In this document: positions 42,145-51,286 of the stretch, piece after piece
Numbering within the stretch: the stretch's first letter is position 1
Layout: every line of letters begins with the position of its first letter
From: Thermoplasmata archaeon
GTDB taxonomy: Archaea > Thermoplasmatota > Thermoplasmata > Lutacidiplasmatales > UBA184
Reading direction: 5' to 3'
Length of the DNA: 64,000 nucleotides
Assembly: GCA_046704665.1 (NCBI GenBank)
Contig: JBJKRJ010000007.1
Span: 3,024 to 67,023 of the forward strand
Notes under the pieces: model-generated
Told to the model about the DNA's origin: nothing
The model's input: only the letters and a program-made list of their open reading frames with translations
Database searches by the model: none
Translations under genes and position numbers: made by a program

Positions 42145-44772
42145 ATGCACGACGCGGCCCCCCTGACTCCGCTCCTCGAACAGTACGAGGGGGTGAAGGC
42201 GCAGTACCCGGGCCACCTCGTGCTGTTCCGCGTGGGCGACTTCTACGAGACGTTCGGCGACGATGCGCGCCTGCTCTCGCGGGAGCTGGACGTCGTCCTC
42301 ACCGCCCGGGCCCCCGATACGCGGGGCGAGCGGACCCCGATGGCCGGCGTGCCGCATCACGCGGTCGAGAGCTATCTCGGCCGGCTCGTACGCAAGGGGT
42401 ACAAGGTCGCGCTCTGCGACCAGGTCGAGGACCCGCGGCTCGCCAAGGGGCTGGTGCGCCGCGAGGTCACCCGCGTGGTGACCCCCGGGACCGTGGTGGA
42501 GGACCGGATCCTCGGAGGCCCGGACCACAACTTCCTCGCGAGCGTCGTGCTCGAGCCGGACGGGTCCGGACGGTACGCCGCGGTCGACATCTCCACCGGT
42601 GAGTGGTTCCGCGGGGCCAGTGACGGACGAGGGCCGGAGGGCGTGATCTCGGCCCTCGCCCCCCTCGGGCCGCGGGAGCTCCTCTACACCGTTCGGGGCG
42701 GGGAGGGTCGCGAGCTCACCGCCGCGCTCCGGCGCGAGTTCCCGACCGCGCGTCTCGAGAGCGCGCCGGAACCGATGGGCCCGTCCGAGCTACCGGCGTC
42801 CTTCGTCCTGCCGTCGGCGTCCGCCGGCGTCTCCCTCGAGGCGGACCTCCGCCTCGCCGCCTACCTCCGGGCGACCCAGCCCCGCATCCTTCCGCATCTC
42901 TCCCTCGTCGATCGCGCGGCGGGAGATCTGCGGCTCGTGCTGGACTCGAAGACGCTCCGGCATCTCGAGATCACGCGGCCGATGAACCCCGACGACCCGA
43001 ACGGTGAGACCCTCCTCCGCACCTGGGACGAGACCGTGACGGCCTCCGGCCACCGGACGCTCGCCTTCTGGCTCGCGAACCCTCTCGCCGATCCCTCCGC
43101 GATCCGACGGCGACAGGACGAGGTGGAGCGTCTGGCGGATCGCGGCACCGCCCTGAGCGAGCTCCGCGCGACGCTCCGGGGGTTCGGCGACGTGGCCCGG
43201 ATCGCGGCGAGGGTGGCGGGCCGGAGGGTCCAGGCGACCGAGCTCGGAACACTGCGGGCGAGCCTGCGCGTGATCGGACGGGTCCGTGCGTTCCTCACCG
43301 AGGGCCCCGCGCCCGATTGTCTCGCCCGGCTCGAGGCCCTGCTGGACCATCCTCCCGAGCTCCTCGGGCTGCTGGAGACCGCCCTTCCCGACCCGGTCCC
43401 CCCGAGCGCGGACGAAGGAGAGCGGTTCCGCCGGGGCCATGCACCGGAGGTCGATGCATGGCGCGCGGCCGAGCGTGCGGCCGTCGAAGAGCTCGCCGCC
43501 CTGGAACGCGGCGAGCAGGAGGCGACCGGCATCAAGACGCTGAAGATCGGCTACAACCAGGTCTTTGGCTATTACCTCGAGGTCACGCGTCCGCACCTTT
43601 CCCGCGTACCGGAGCGCTTCCGCCGTCGCCAGACGGTCGCCCAGGCCGAGCGGTTCACCTCCGACCGCCTCGAGGAGGTCGAACGGAAGATCCTCGAGGC
43701 CCGGGACGGAGTTCGAGAGGCGGAGGCCCGACGGTGGGAGGAGCTCCTCGCGTCCCTCGAGGGGCACGTGCCGGCGCTTCAGCGGGTCGCGCGCGGCCTC
43801 GGGGAGGTCGACGCGCTCGCGACGTTCGCCCACCTCGCCCGGACCCGCGCGTACGTTCGCCCGCTCGTGGACGACTCGGCGGCGATCGTCATCCGGGACG
43901 GCCGCCACCCGGTGCTCGACCGCGTACTGAGCGAGGAGTTCGTCCCGAACGACGTCGAGCTCGACCTCGACGCACGCCGGCTCCTCGTGCTCACGGGGCC
44001 GAACATGTCGGGCAAGTCCACGTACATGCGGCAGATCGGCCTCCTCGTCGTCCTCGCTCAGGCCGGCTCGTTCGTACCGGCCCGCTTCGCCCGGATCGGG
44101 TGCGTGACCCAGCTGTTCACGCGGATGGGATTCACCGACGAGATCGGACGGGGGAAGTCGAGCTTCATGGTCGAGATGACCGAGGTCGCCGAGATCCTCC
44201 GCCGGGCCGATCCGCGCTCGCTCGTCCTCTTGGACGAGGTCGGACGTGGAACGAGCACGTTCGATGGTCTCGCGATCGCCTGGGCGACGCTCCGCTACCT
44301 TCACGACTCCGTTCGGGTCCGCTCGGTCCTCGCCACCCACTACCACCAGCTGACCGACCTCATCCGGGGGCTCTCGGCCGCCGAGAACGCACACTTCGCG
44401 GTCGCGGACCGCCCGGACGGGATCGTCTTCCTGCATCGGCTCGTGCCCGGTAGCACCGATCGTAGCTACGGGATCCATGTCGCCCGCCTCGCGGGCCTCC
44501 CGAAGGAGGTGCTCTCGGAAGCGGATCATCTCCTCGCCCGGCTGGAGCGCGACGGCGTGGGCATCTCCGTCAAGCGCACCGGCCGCTCGCGGTCTCCCCG
44601 ATACACGCAGGCCGTGCTCCTGCCGAGCGCCGAGGCCCCGATCGACCCGCTCCTCCGGGAGCTGCGCGCGCTCGAGGTCGATCGGATGACCCCCGAGGAG
44701 GCGGTCGCGAAGCTCAAAGAGCTCCGACGAAGGGCTGGCCCCCGCTCGGACCGGGAGGACCCCGGCGCGTGA
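42145..44772 (+). CDS. mutS: DNA mismatch repair protein MutS (MutS1)
   Basis: GDFYETF (F-x-E), MAGVP, VTRVVTPGT, GPNMSGKS, DEVGRGTST, ATHY, SYGIHVA. Confidence 0.96.
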   Translation: MHDAAPLTPLLEQYEGVKAQYPGHLVLFRVGDFYETFGDDARLLSRELDVVLTARAPDTRGERTPMAGVPHHAVESYLGRLVRKGYKVALCDQVEDPRLAKGLVRREVTRVVTPGTVVEDRILGGPDHNFLASVVLEPDGSGRYAAVDISTGEWFRGASDGRGPEGVISALAPLGPRELLYTVRGGEGRELTAALRREFPTARLESAPEPMGPSELPASFVLPSASAGVSLEADLRLAAYLRATQPRILPHLSLVDRAAGDLRLVLDSKTLRHLEITRPMNPDDPNGETLLRTWDETVTASGHRTLAFWLANPLADPSAIRRRQDEVERLADRGTALSELRATLRGFGDVARIAARVAGRRVQATELGTLRASLRVIGRVRAFLTEGPAPDCLARLEALLDHPPELLGLLETALPDPVPPSADEGERFRRGHAPEVDAWRAAERAAVEELAALERGEQEATGIKTLKIGYNQVFGYYLEVTRPHLSRVPERFRRRQTVAQAERFTSDRLEEVERKILEARDGVREAEARRWEELLASLEGHVPALQRVARGLGEVDALATFAHLARTRAYVRPLVDDSAAIVIRDGRHPVLDRVLSEEFVPNDVELDLDARRLLVLTGPNMSGKSTYMRQIGLLVVLAQAGSFVPARFARIGCVTQLFTRMGFTDEIGRGKSSFMVEMTEVAEILRRADPRSLVLLDEVGRGTSTFDGLAIAWATLRYLHDSVRVRSVLATHYHQLTDLIRGLSAAENAHFAVADRPDGIVFLHRLVPGSTDRSYGIHVARLAGLPKEVLSEADHLLARLERDGVGISVKRTGRSRSPRYTQAVLLPSAEAPIDPLLRELRALEVDRMTPEEAVAKLKELRRRAGPRSDREDPGA

Positions 44773-46553
44773 TGCCCCCGTCGGTGCCGGCGCGCGCTCC
44801 GATCCGTCGGCTCGCGCGGGAGACCGTCGAGCGGATCGCGGCGGGCGAGGTCGTGGAACGTCCCGCCTCGGTCGTCAAGGAGCTCCTGGAGAACGCGATC
44901 GACGCCGGAGCGCATGCGGTGACCGTCCGCATCACGAACGGGGGTCTTGACCGCATCGAGGTCGCCGACGACGGGGCGGGGATCGCTCCCGAGGAGCTCG
45001 AGCTCGCGGTCGAGCGCCACGCGACCTCGAAGCTCTCCCCGGAGGGACCGGTGGAGCGGATCGACTCGCTCGGCTTCCGCGGAGAGGCGCTGGCGGCGAT
45101 CGCGACCGTTTCCCGGCTCCGTCTCGTCTCCCGGCCTCCCGACCGAGAGGTCGCCGAGGGCCTCTCGGTGGTCGGCGGGGCTCCGGCGGGACGGTTCGCG
45201 GCGCCCCGTTCGCCGGGGACCACCGTCGAAGTGGAGGACCTGTTCTTCAACACGCCCGCCCGCCGCAAGTTCCTCAAGAGCCCGCCGTCCGAGCAGGTCG
45301 AGATCGTGCAGGCGGTCGAGCGGACGTACCTCGCCCGGCCGACGGTCACCGTACGGCTCGAGTCGGAGGGACGCGAGCTCGCGGTCTATCCGGCGAGCGC
45401 CGAGCTCACGGACGCCGCGGCGCTGGTTCTCGGTGTCGAGTTCCTTCGTGGTTCGTTCCCCGTGGCGGGGGAACTGCCCGGGGGCCGCGTCTTCGGCGCC
45501 CTGGGTCGGCCCCCGCTCTCCGCGGTGTCGTCCCGGAGCCTCTACCTCGCCATCAACGGCCGCCCCATCGTCTCCCGAACGCTGCAGCAGGCGGTGCGGG
45601 CCGCGTTCGGTGACTACCTTCCCCGCACCCGGTATCCGGTCGGGATCCTGCACCTCGAGCTGGTCCCGACCGGCCTGGACGTGAACGTCCACCCGACCAA
45701 ACGCGAGGTGCGCGTCGCCCAGGAACGCGAGGTCACCGAGGCATTGCGGATCCGGGTGCGGGAGTCGCTGATCGCCGCGCCGGCGATCTCGGAGCTCACC
45801 GCGGGAAGGTGGTCGGGCGTCGCTCGCCCCGGCCCCGGAACCGCGATCCCGTCTCCGTCCGCCGTCGCGGCGGCCGCCAAACCTCTGCCGCTGCCGCGCC
45901 TCGCCGATCGCGGCCAGCGTCGTCTCGACTCGCTTTCCCGTGAGGAGACGGACCGGTCGGCTCCGGGGAGGAAGGCTCCCCGGCTCGAGCTCATCGGGTG
46001 CATCCAGGCGCTGTACTGGGTCGGCGAGTCCGAGGAAGGATTGGTCCTGATCGACCAGCACGCGGCGAGCGAGCGCCTCCTCTACGATTCTCTCCTCCGT
46101 TACCAGGCGCTGGCCCGCCAGACCCTCGTCGAGGATGTCGTGGTGCGGCTCACCGGCGCCCAGCGCTCCGCCCTCGCGGCCCACTCGGCCGAGGTCGCCC
46201 GGGCCGGTTTCGAGGTCGACGCCTTCGGGCCGAACGAGTTCCGCGTACGCGCGCTCCCGTCGTTCCGGGGTCGGCGCGCCCGTCCCGAGACCCTGGGAGA
46301 GCTGCTGGACGAACTTGCGGGCGGGGGACGCCCCACGCTGCCGGACGGACTCCGCGAGCGGACGGCCGCCACGCTCGCCTGTCACGCGGCGATCCGCGCC
46401 GGCGACACCGTCTCGGTCGAAGAGTTCTCCCGGGTCCTCGACGCTCTCGGTGCCCTCCCCAATGCCCCCCCGAGCTGCCCGCACGGTCGCCCGATCCTCC
46501 TCGGGATCCCCCGTGCGCGCCTCGACCGTTGGTTCCTCCGGAGCGGAGCGTGA
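44769..46553 (+). CDS. mutL: DNA mismatch repair endonuclease MutL
   Basis: IAAGEVVERPASVVKELLENAIDA, GFRGEAL, DVNVHPTK, DQHAASER, ACH, CPHGRP. Confidence 0.96.
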   Translation: MMPPSVPARAPIRRLARETVERIAAGEVVERPASVVKELLENAIDAGAHAVTVRITNGGLDRIEVADDGAGIAPEELELAVERHATSKLSPEGPVERIDSLGFRGEALAAIATVSRLRLVSRPPDREVAEGLSVVGGAPAGRFAAPRSPGTTVEVEDLFFNTPARRKFLKSPPSEQVEIVQAVERTYLARPTVTVRLESEGRELAVYPASAELTDAAALVLGVEFLRGSFPVAGELPGGRVFGALGRPPLSAVSSRSLYLAINGRPIVSRTLQQAVRAAFGDYLPRTRYPVGILHLELVPTGLDVNVHPTKREVRVAQEREVTEALRIRVRESLIAAPAISELTAGRWSGVARPGPGTAIPSPSAVAAAAKPLPLPRLADRGQRRLDSLSREETDRSAPGRKAPRLELIGCIQALYWVGESEEGLVLIDQHAASERLLYDSLLRYQALARQTLVEDVVVRLTGAQRSALAAHSAEVARAGFEVDAFGPNEFRVRALPSFRGRRARPETLGELLDELAGGGRPTLPDGLRERTAATLACHAAIRAGDTVSVEEFSRVLDALGALPNAPPSCPHGRPILLGIPRARLDRWFLRSGA

Positions 46554-47110
46554 CCCCGAGTTCCGCCCGCCCTCGAGCGCTTCCGAGCGAAGCCGAGATG
46601 GTGCGCGCGGTGGCGCTCCATCTCGAATCTCGCGGGTATCGGGTCCGGGTCGATCCGGACGGGACCGACTACTTCGATCTCGTCGCGCGGAACGATACCG
46701 GGGTCGGGCTGGTCGAGGCCAAGGTCGCCGACGCACGGAAGGTCTGGGCGCAAGCGGTCCGCCGTCGGGGCTGGGGGACCTGGAGCGCGGTGGTGCTCGC
46801 GCGTCCGATCACGGCCGAGCGTCTCGCGGCGCGCACCGCGATGAGCCGTGCCTCCCGCATCGGTGTCTGGAGCCTCGACGATGGAAAGGTCCGAGTCCAC
46901 CGGCCGGCGCGCCCATGGGTCGCGCCCGACGAGCCGGACCCGTACGCCGAGCTTCGGGAGCGGTTCCTGCGCATCCTGGACGCCCTCGATGCCGGCACCC
47001 TGCCGATCGACGCGCGCTGGGAAGGGGTCCCTCGGGCCGTCCGGCGCGCATCGAAAGGACGCGGATTTTCGGAGTGGCGGCTCGACGAGCCTCCGGCCCG
47101 CCCCGATTAG
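46550..47110 (+). CDS. Predicted PD-(D/E)XK nuclease
   Basis: SEAEM...HLESRGYRV ... YFDLVA ... GLVEAK ... AQA; GTG overlaps the mutL stop (GTGA). Confidence 0.78.
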   Translation: MTPSSARPRALPSEAEMVRAVALHLESRGYRVRVDPDGTDYFDLVARNDTGVGLVEAKVADARKVWAQAVRRRGWGTWSAVVLARPITAERLAARTAMSRASRIGVWSLDDGKVRVHRPARPWVAPDEPDPYAELRERFLRILDALDAGTLPIDARWEGVPRAVRRASKGRGFSEWRLDEPPARPD

Positions 47111-48252
47111 GGGGGCCCGCCGATCGCCCGGTCGACCTCTTCCCAGAAGCGGCGGGGGTCGAAGCGCAGCGCGAACTCGCGGCCGGCGACCGCCATTTCG
47201 CGGCACGCCGCCGGGTCGGCCACGAGTTCGGCGAGGGTCGACGCGATGTCGCCCGTATCCTCGCTCGGGGTGAACCGGAGGGCTGCACCGGGGGCGACCG
47301 GGAGCTCGGCCGAGCCCGTCGCGATCGTGGCACAGCCGGCGCGTTGAGCGAAGATCACTCCGGGATCGAACCCTCGATGGTGGGGGGCGATGAGCGCGAC
47401 GTCCGCCGCCGCGAGGGCAATCGTGAGCGCTCCCCCGTCGCGCGCAGGAAGAGCGATGACCCCGGGCTCGCTCGGTGCGCTCGCCCCCGCGAGCACGAGC
47501 CGCACGCCGGGGAACAACGGTCGGATGCGGCGGAACGCCTCGCGTACGACCCCCGTCGCCGGGCCCTCGATCGCGTCCGGGGCGATCGGCGCGACGACCG
47601 TGGGGACGTCGGGCGGAATGCCGAGCCGACCTCGGGCCTCCGTGCGCGAGGGGGCCTCGGCGAGCGTGGGCACCGGGGAGGTCGTGAGCCGCAGTCGCGT
47701 CCGGGGGAGGCCGTACTCCGTGACGAGCGCGTCGGCGATCCCCGGCGCATCGCAGAAGACGACTTCGGGCTCGAGCAGGGCGGCGCGCTCGAGCCGGCGA
47801 ACGGCGCGCCGGTCCCGCCAGAGACCGATCCGGTCGACGAAGCCCCCGGTGGGGATACCCCCTTGCGCATGGTCGAACTCCCGGATCCCGATCGAACGGG
47901 CGAACGAGATGAGGTGCGGTGCCGCCCCGCGTCGCCCGCCGATCCCGAGCGGTCCGATCCCGGCGGGATCGCGGAGGACGAGGTCGGCCTCCGGTCGGAT
48001 CCGGCGGCCGGCCGCGCTCGCGAAGTCGGCGTCCTCGAGCGTGGTTCCCGGTCGACGCAAGGGGAACGACACGCCCTCCGCCAGGACGCCGTCCGGCGGT
48101 GGCCCGCCGGTCGCTCCCTGGGGATAGAGCACCCGCACCCGATCGCCTCGTTCCGCGGCCGCTCGGGCGACCGACCAGACCGCCGCGAGGGGGGAGTACG
48201 GGTCGGTCGGAGCGGGAGCGACGGCGACCAGGTCCACGGTCCGGAACGCCAT
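47107..48252 (-). CDS. GT-B fold glycosyltransferase family 4-like (divergent)
   Basis: RG..V.V, RRLERAAL, EAR.RLG.P, LVLAG, AADV, F.P.D...IA..L..L; lacks the usual EX7E. Confidence 0.75.
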   Translation of the reverse strand: MAFRTVDLVAVAPAPTDPYSPLAAVWSVARAAAERGDRVRVLYPQGATGGPPPDGVLAEGVSFPLRRPGTTLEDADFASAAGRRIRPEADLVLRDPAGIGPLGIGGRRGAAPHLISFARSIGIREFDHAQGGIPTGGFVDRIGLWRDRRAVRRLERAALLEPEVVFCDAPGIADALVTEYGLPRTRLRLTTSPVPTLAEAPSRTEARGRLGIPPDVPTVVAPIAPDAIEGPATGVVREAFRRIRPLFPGVRLVLAGASAPSEPGVIALPARDGGALTIALAAADVALIAPHHRGFDPGVIFAQRAGCATIATGSAELPVAPGAALRFTPSEDTGDIASTLAELVADPAACREMAVAGREFALRFDPRRFWEEVDRAIGGPP

Positions 48253-48455
48253 CGGGGCGCGCCCACCGGGACCGAAGCGAAAAAGACTTCCGATGGACGA
48301 CCCGCTACGAAGAGAGGCCGGGTTTCCCCGCGTACGGGCCATGCGGGAGGGCGATCGGCGCGGCCGCGCCTCCGTTCAGAGAGCGTCGGGGCCTCCCCCG
48401 GGGACCGACGGGAACCGGACGTCCGCCTTCCGGCGCCGGCCGCGCGTCGGTCGCG

Positions 48456-50360
48456 TCAGAGCACCCGGATCGCCTCGAGGTTGAAGGGGGCTCGGGACTC
48501 GAGGTTGAACCTCTTGTGGAGGCTCGAAGCGAGGTCGAGGGTCTTCGACTCCTCCCCATGGTTCAGGATGACCCGCTGCGGTCTCGGGTCGAGCGATGCG
48601 ACGAAGTTCATCAGCTGGACACGATCGGAGTGCCCGGAGAACCCCTCGATCGTTGCGATCTCGAGCTTCACCGGGACCGACGCCTGTCGTGACCCGTCGA
48701 GGAACGTCGCTTCGCTCAGACCGCGCTGGAGGCGTTTGCCGAACGTTCCCTCGGCCTGGTAGCCGACGAACAGGAGGCCACTGTTCTCCTCGGGCGCCCA
48801 GGATCGGAAGTACTCCATCACGGGCCCTCCGCTCATCATGCCCGAGGTCGCGAGGACGATGCAGGGCTCCTTCGAATCGACGATCGAGGAACGCATCTGG
48901 GAGGAATCGACGCGCCGGAAGATGTCGGACAGGAACGGATTGTCTCCCTGCTGGAAGATCTGGGTCCTCAGCTGGCTGTTCAGGAACTCGGGATAGGCCG
49001 TGTGGATCGCGGTCGCCTCGAAGATCATCCCGTCGAGGTAGACCGGGACGCGCGGGATCTTCCCTTCGCGCATCTTCTCTTCGAGGACGAGCATCACCTC
49101 CTGCGACCGGCCCACGGCGAAGACCGGGACGATGAGCTTGCCGCCGCGGGCGAGGATCTTCGTCGCGAGCGCCGCGAACTGGTCGGTCGCCTGCTGGCGG
49201 CTCGGCTGGAGGTCGCGATAGCCCCCGTACGTCGATTCCAGCACGAGGGTCTCGAGCCGGGGGAACCGGTTGGTGGCGGGATTGAACAGCCAGCTCCGCT
49301 CGAACTTGATGTCCCCGGAGTAGGCGAGGTTGTGATCGCCCTCCCCGAGGTGGAAGTGACAGATCGAGGATCCGAGGATGTGACCGGCGTTGTGCATGGT
49401 CAGGCGGATGTCCGGGGCGATGTCGGTCGTCTCGCCCCAGCGGAGCGGGATCGTCCGCGTGACGAGCTCGCGGACGTGCGAGGAGTCGTAGAGGCCGCGC
49501 CGCGCCTCCTGGTTGACGACCTTGATCGCATCGAGGAGCATGAGGGTCATCATGTCGCGGGTCGGGGCGGTCGCATAGATGGGCCCCTTGTACCCGTACT
49601 TCAGGAGGACCGGCACAAGCCCGCAGTGATCGAGGTGGGCGTGCGTGACCACGACCGCATCGAGCGAGTCGAGGGGGAGGAGCTCGGGGGCGTTGAAGAA
49701 CGGCGTGCGGTCGGAACCCGGGTCGATGCCGCAGTCGATGAGGACCTTCGAGTTCTGGGTCGTGAGGAGGTGCGCGCTCCGGCCGACCTCGCGGTAGCCG
49801 CCGAGGGCCGTCGTGCGGGCCCAGAGCTTCTCGGGCAGCGGGTCGCGGGCGATGCGGATCCCGACCTTCTTCAGGAACGATCGGCGGTCGTCGAAGGAGT
49901 TGCGAAGGTGGATGCGGACCTCCTCCACGGTCTTCGACGGGATCGGGGGCGTCCGGACGACCGTCGGGACCCAGCCGATGCGACGCTTGAGGTCGTTGAG
50001 GACCGACCCGCCGCGCCCGATGGCGGCGCCCGGGTTCGCCGCCTCGATCGTGACCTCACCGGTCTCGGGCTCGAAGAAGAGCTGGTTGATCTCGGCCTCG
50101 ACCGGGATCACCTCGCGGATCGACTTCTCGGCCTCCTTCGGGTCGATCAGCGTGGCGGGATCGGAGCGGACGACGACCCGTCGATGGAGGCGTTGCGCGA
50201 CCTGGCGGAGGTAGTCCCCCCCCGAGAGAAAGGCGTCAAGCTGCTTCGTATAGAGGACGACGTGCGGGCCCTCGAGCTCGATGTCGGTGACCTCGATCGT
50301 CTCCGGGAGGACCTCGGTGAGTGCCTGCCGGACCTGTTCTATGAGCGAGTCGAAACTCAT
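48456..50360 (-). CDS. fttA: beta-CASP ribonuclease aCPSF1 (transcription termination factor FttA)
   Basis: N-terminal KH domains, GGYREVGRS, THAHLDH, AGHILGS, ESTYG, GFSGHSD, HGE. Confidence 0.95.
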   Translation of the reverse strand: MSFDSLIEQVRQALTEVLPETIEVTDIELEGPHVVLYTKQLDAFLSGGDYLRQVAQRLHRRVVVRSDPATLIDPKEAEKSIREVIPVEAEINQLFFEPETGEVTIEAANPGAAIGRGGSVLNDLKRRIGWVPTVVRTPPIPSKTVEEVRIHLRNSFDDRRSFLKKVGIRIARDPLPEKLWARTTALGGYREVGRSAHLLTTQNSKVLIDCGIDPGSDRTPFFNAPELLPLDSLDAVVVTHAHLDHCGLVPVLLKYGYKGPIYATAPTRDMMTLMLLDAIKVVNQEARRGLYDSSHVRELVTRTIPLRWGETTDIAPDIRLTMHNAGHILGSSICHFHLGEGDHNLAYSGDIKFERSWLFNPATNRFPRLETLVLESTYGGYRDLQPSRQQATDQFAALATKILARGGKLIVPVFAVGRSQEVMLVLEEKMREGKIPRVPVYLDGMIFEATAIHTAYPEFLNSQLRTQIFQQGDNPFLSDIFRRVDSSQMRSSIVDSKEPCIVLATSGMMSGGPVMEYFRSWAPEENSGLLFVGYQAEGTFGKRLQRGLSEATFLDGSRQASVPVKLEIATIEGFSGHSDRVQLMNFVASLDPRPQRVILNHGEESKTLDLASSLHKRFNLESRAPFNLEAIRVL

Positions 50361-50420
50361 CCTGCGTTGGAAGTGGTTCGGAAGAAGGGGTTGAGTTAGC
50401 TGTCCCCGGGCCGCCCGTCG

Positions 50421-51095
50421 CTACGGGAGCGGCGGAGGCAACGGTATCTTGAGGGCCTTCAAACGTTTATTAATTTCGTCCTCGGAAAGCTCGCGGTATT
50501 CCCGGGGCGAGATCACGTGGACGAGGTAGCCGTCCCCGCTCGCGCTGTCGCGTTTCATCGCCGCGGTGAGCCCCCGGAGCGCGAGGTCGACCCCATCGGC
50601 GGTCGACATGTCCCGGGCGTATCCCTCCTCGAGCAGGCCGTAGACGAACGGCGAGCCCGAACCGACCGAGACGAACCGGTCCTCGATGCAGCCCCCGGCG
50701 GGGTCGACCGAGAACACGTGACTCCCCTTCGCGTCGACCCCTCCCAGGATCAGCCACGCGTAGTACGGGTAGAACCGGTTCCCGTTGAGGATGTTCGCGA
50801 GCAGCGTCGCGGCGCCCTCGGCCGTGAGCGGTGCGTTCCGTCGGAGGCGGTAGAGCGAGACCTCCGCCTTCAGATAGCGCGCGAGCACCTGGGCGTCGCC
50901 GACGAGCCCGGCGATGGTGATGCCGATGTTCTGGTCGATCTTGAAGACCTTCTGGGTCTGCTTGTTGGAGATGAAGTTCCCCGCCGTGGCCCGACGCTCG
51001 GTCGCGAGGACGACACCGTCCTTGCAAACGAGTCCGATCGTCGTCGTGCCCTTCAGGAAACGGTCCTCCTCGGCCGCGCTGACCACGCTCTGCAT
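50421..51095 (-). CDS. psmB: Proteasome subunit beta
   Basis: Propeptide then G|TTTIGL, ATERRAT.G, AGLVGDAQ, GSGS, RDSASG. Confidence 0.96.
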   Translation of the reverse strand: MQSVVSAAEEDRFLKGTTTIGLVCKDGVVLATERRATAGNFISNKQTQKVFKIDQNIGITIAGLVGDAQVLARYLKAEVSLYRLRRNAPLTAEGAATLLANILNGNRFYPYYAWLILGGVDAKGSHVFSVDPAGGCIEDRFVSVGSGSPFVYGLLEEGYARDMSTADGVDLALRGLTAAMKRDSASGDGYLVHVISPREYRELSEDEINKRLKALKIPLPPPLP

Positions 51096-51143
51096 CGTAC
51101 CACCTCCGGTAACCCGGAAGATGAGAGGCGGACCCGGGTGCGC

Positions 51144-51150
51144 TATATAA
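51144..51150 (-). promoter_or_regulatory. TATA box (TTATATA) of the psmB-aCPSF1 operon
   Basis: Canonical TATA about 50 nt upstream of the psmB ATG; GGAGGTG Shine-Dalgarno precedes the ATG. Confidence 0.6.
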
Positions 51151-51286
51151 GCGCTCACCGGTCGATTACCGATGGGCCACCGCCCGTGCCCGTCCGGGGG
51201 CCACCGCAGAGCCCCCGATGCCCCCGGGTTCCCGACCCGGGCGCACACACGATAAAAGCAGCCTTTGGCTCGGTCGCCCGATTCGC

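Noticed and set aside
41997-42145. tRNA pair as an integration site for a mutSL island
   Set aside because: No integrase and no duplicated tRNA 3' end seen downstream; composition matches the rest of the window.
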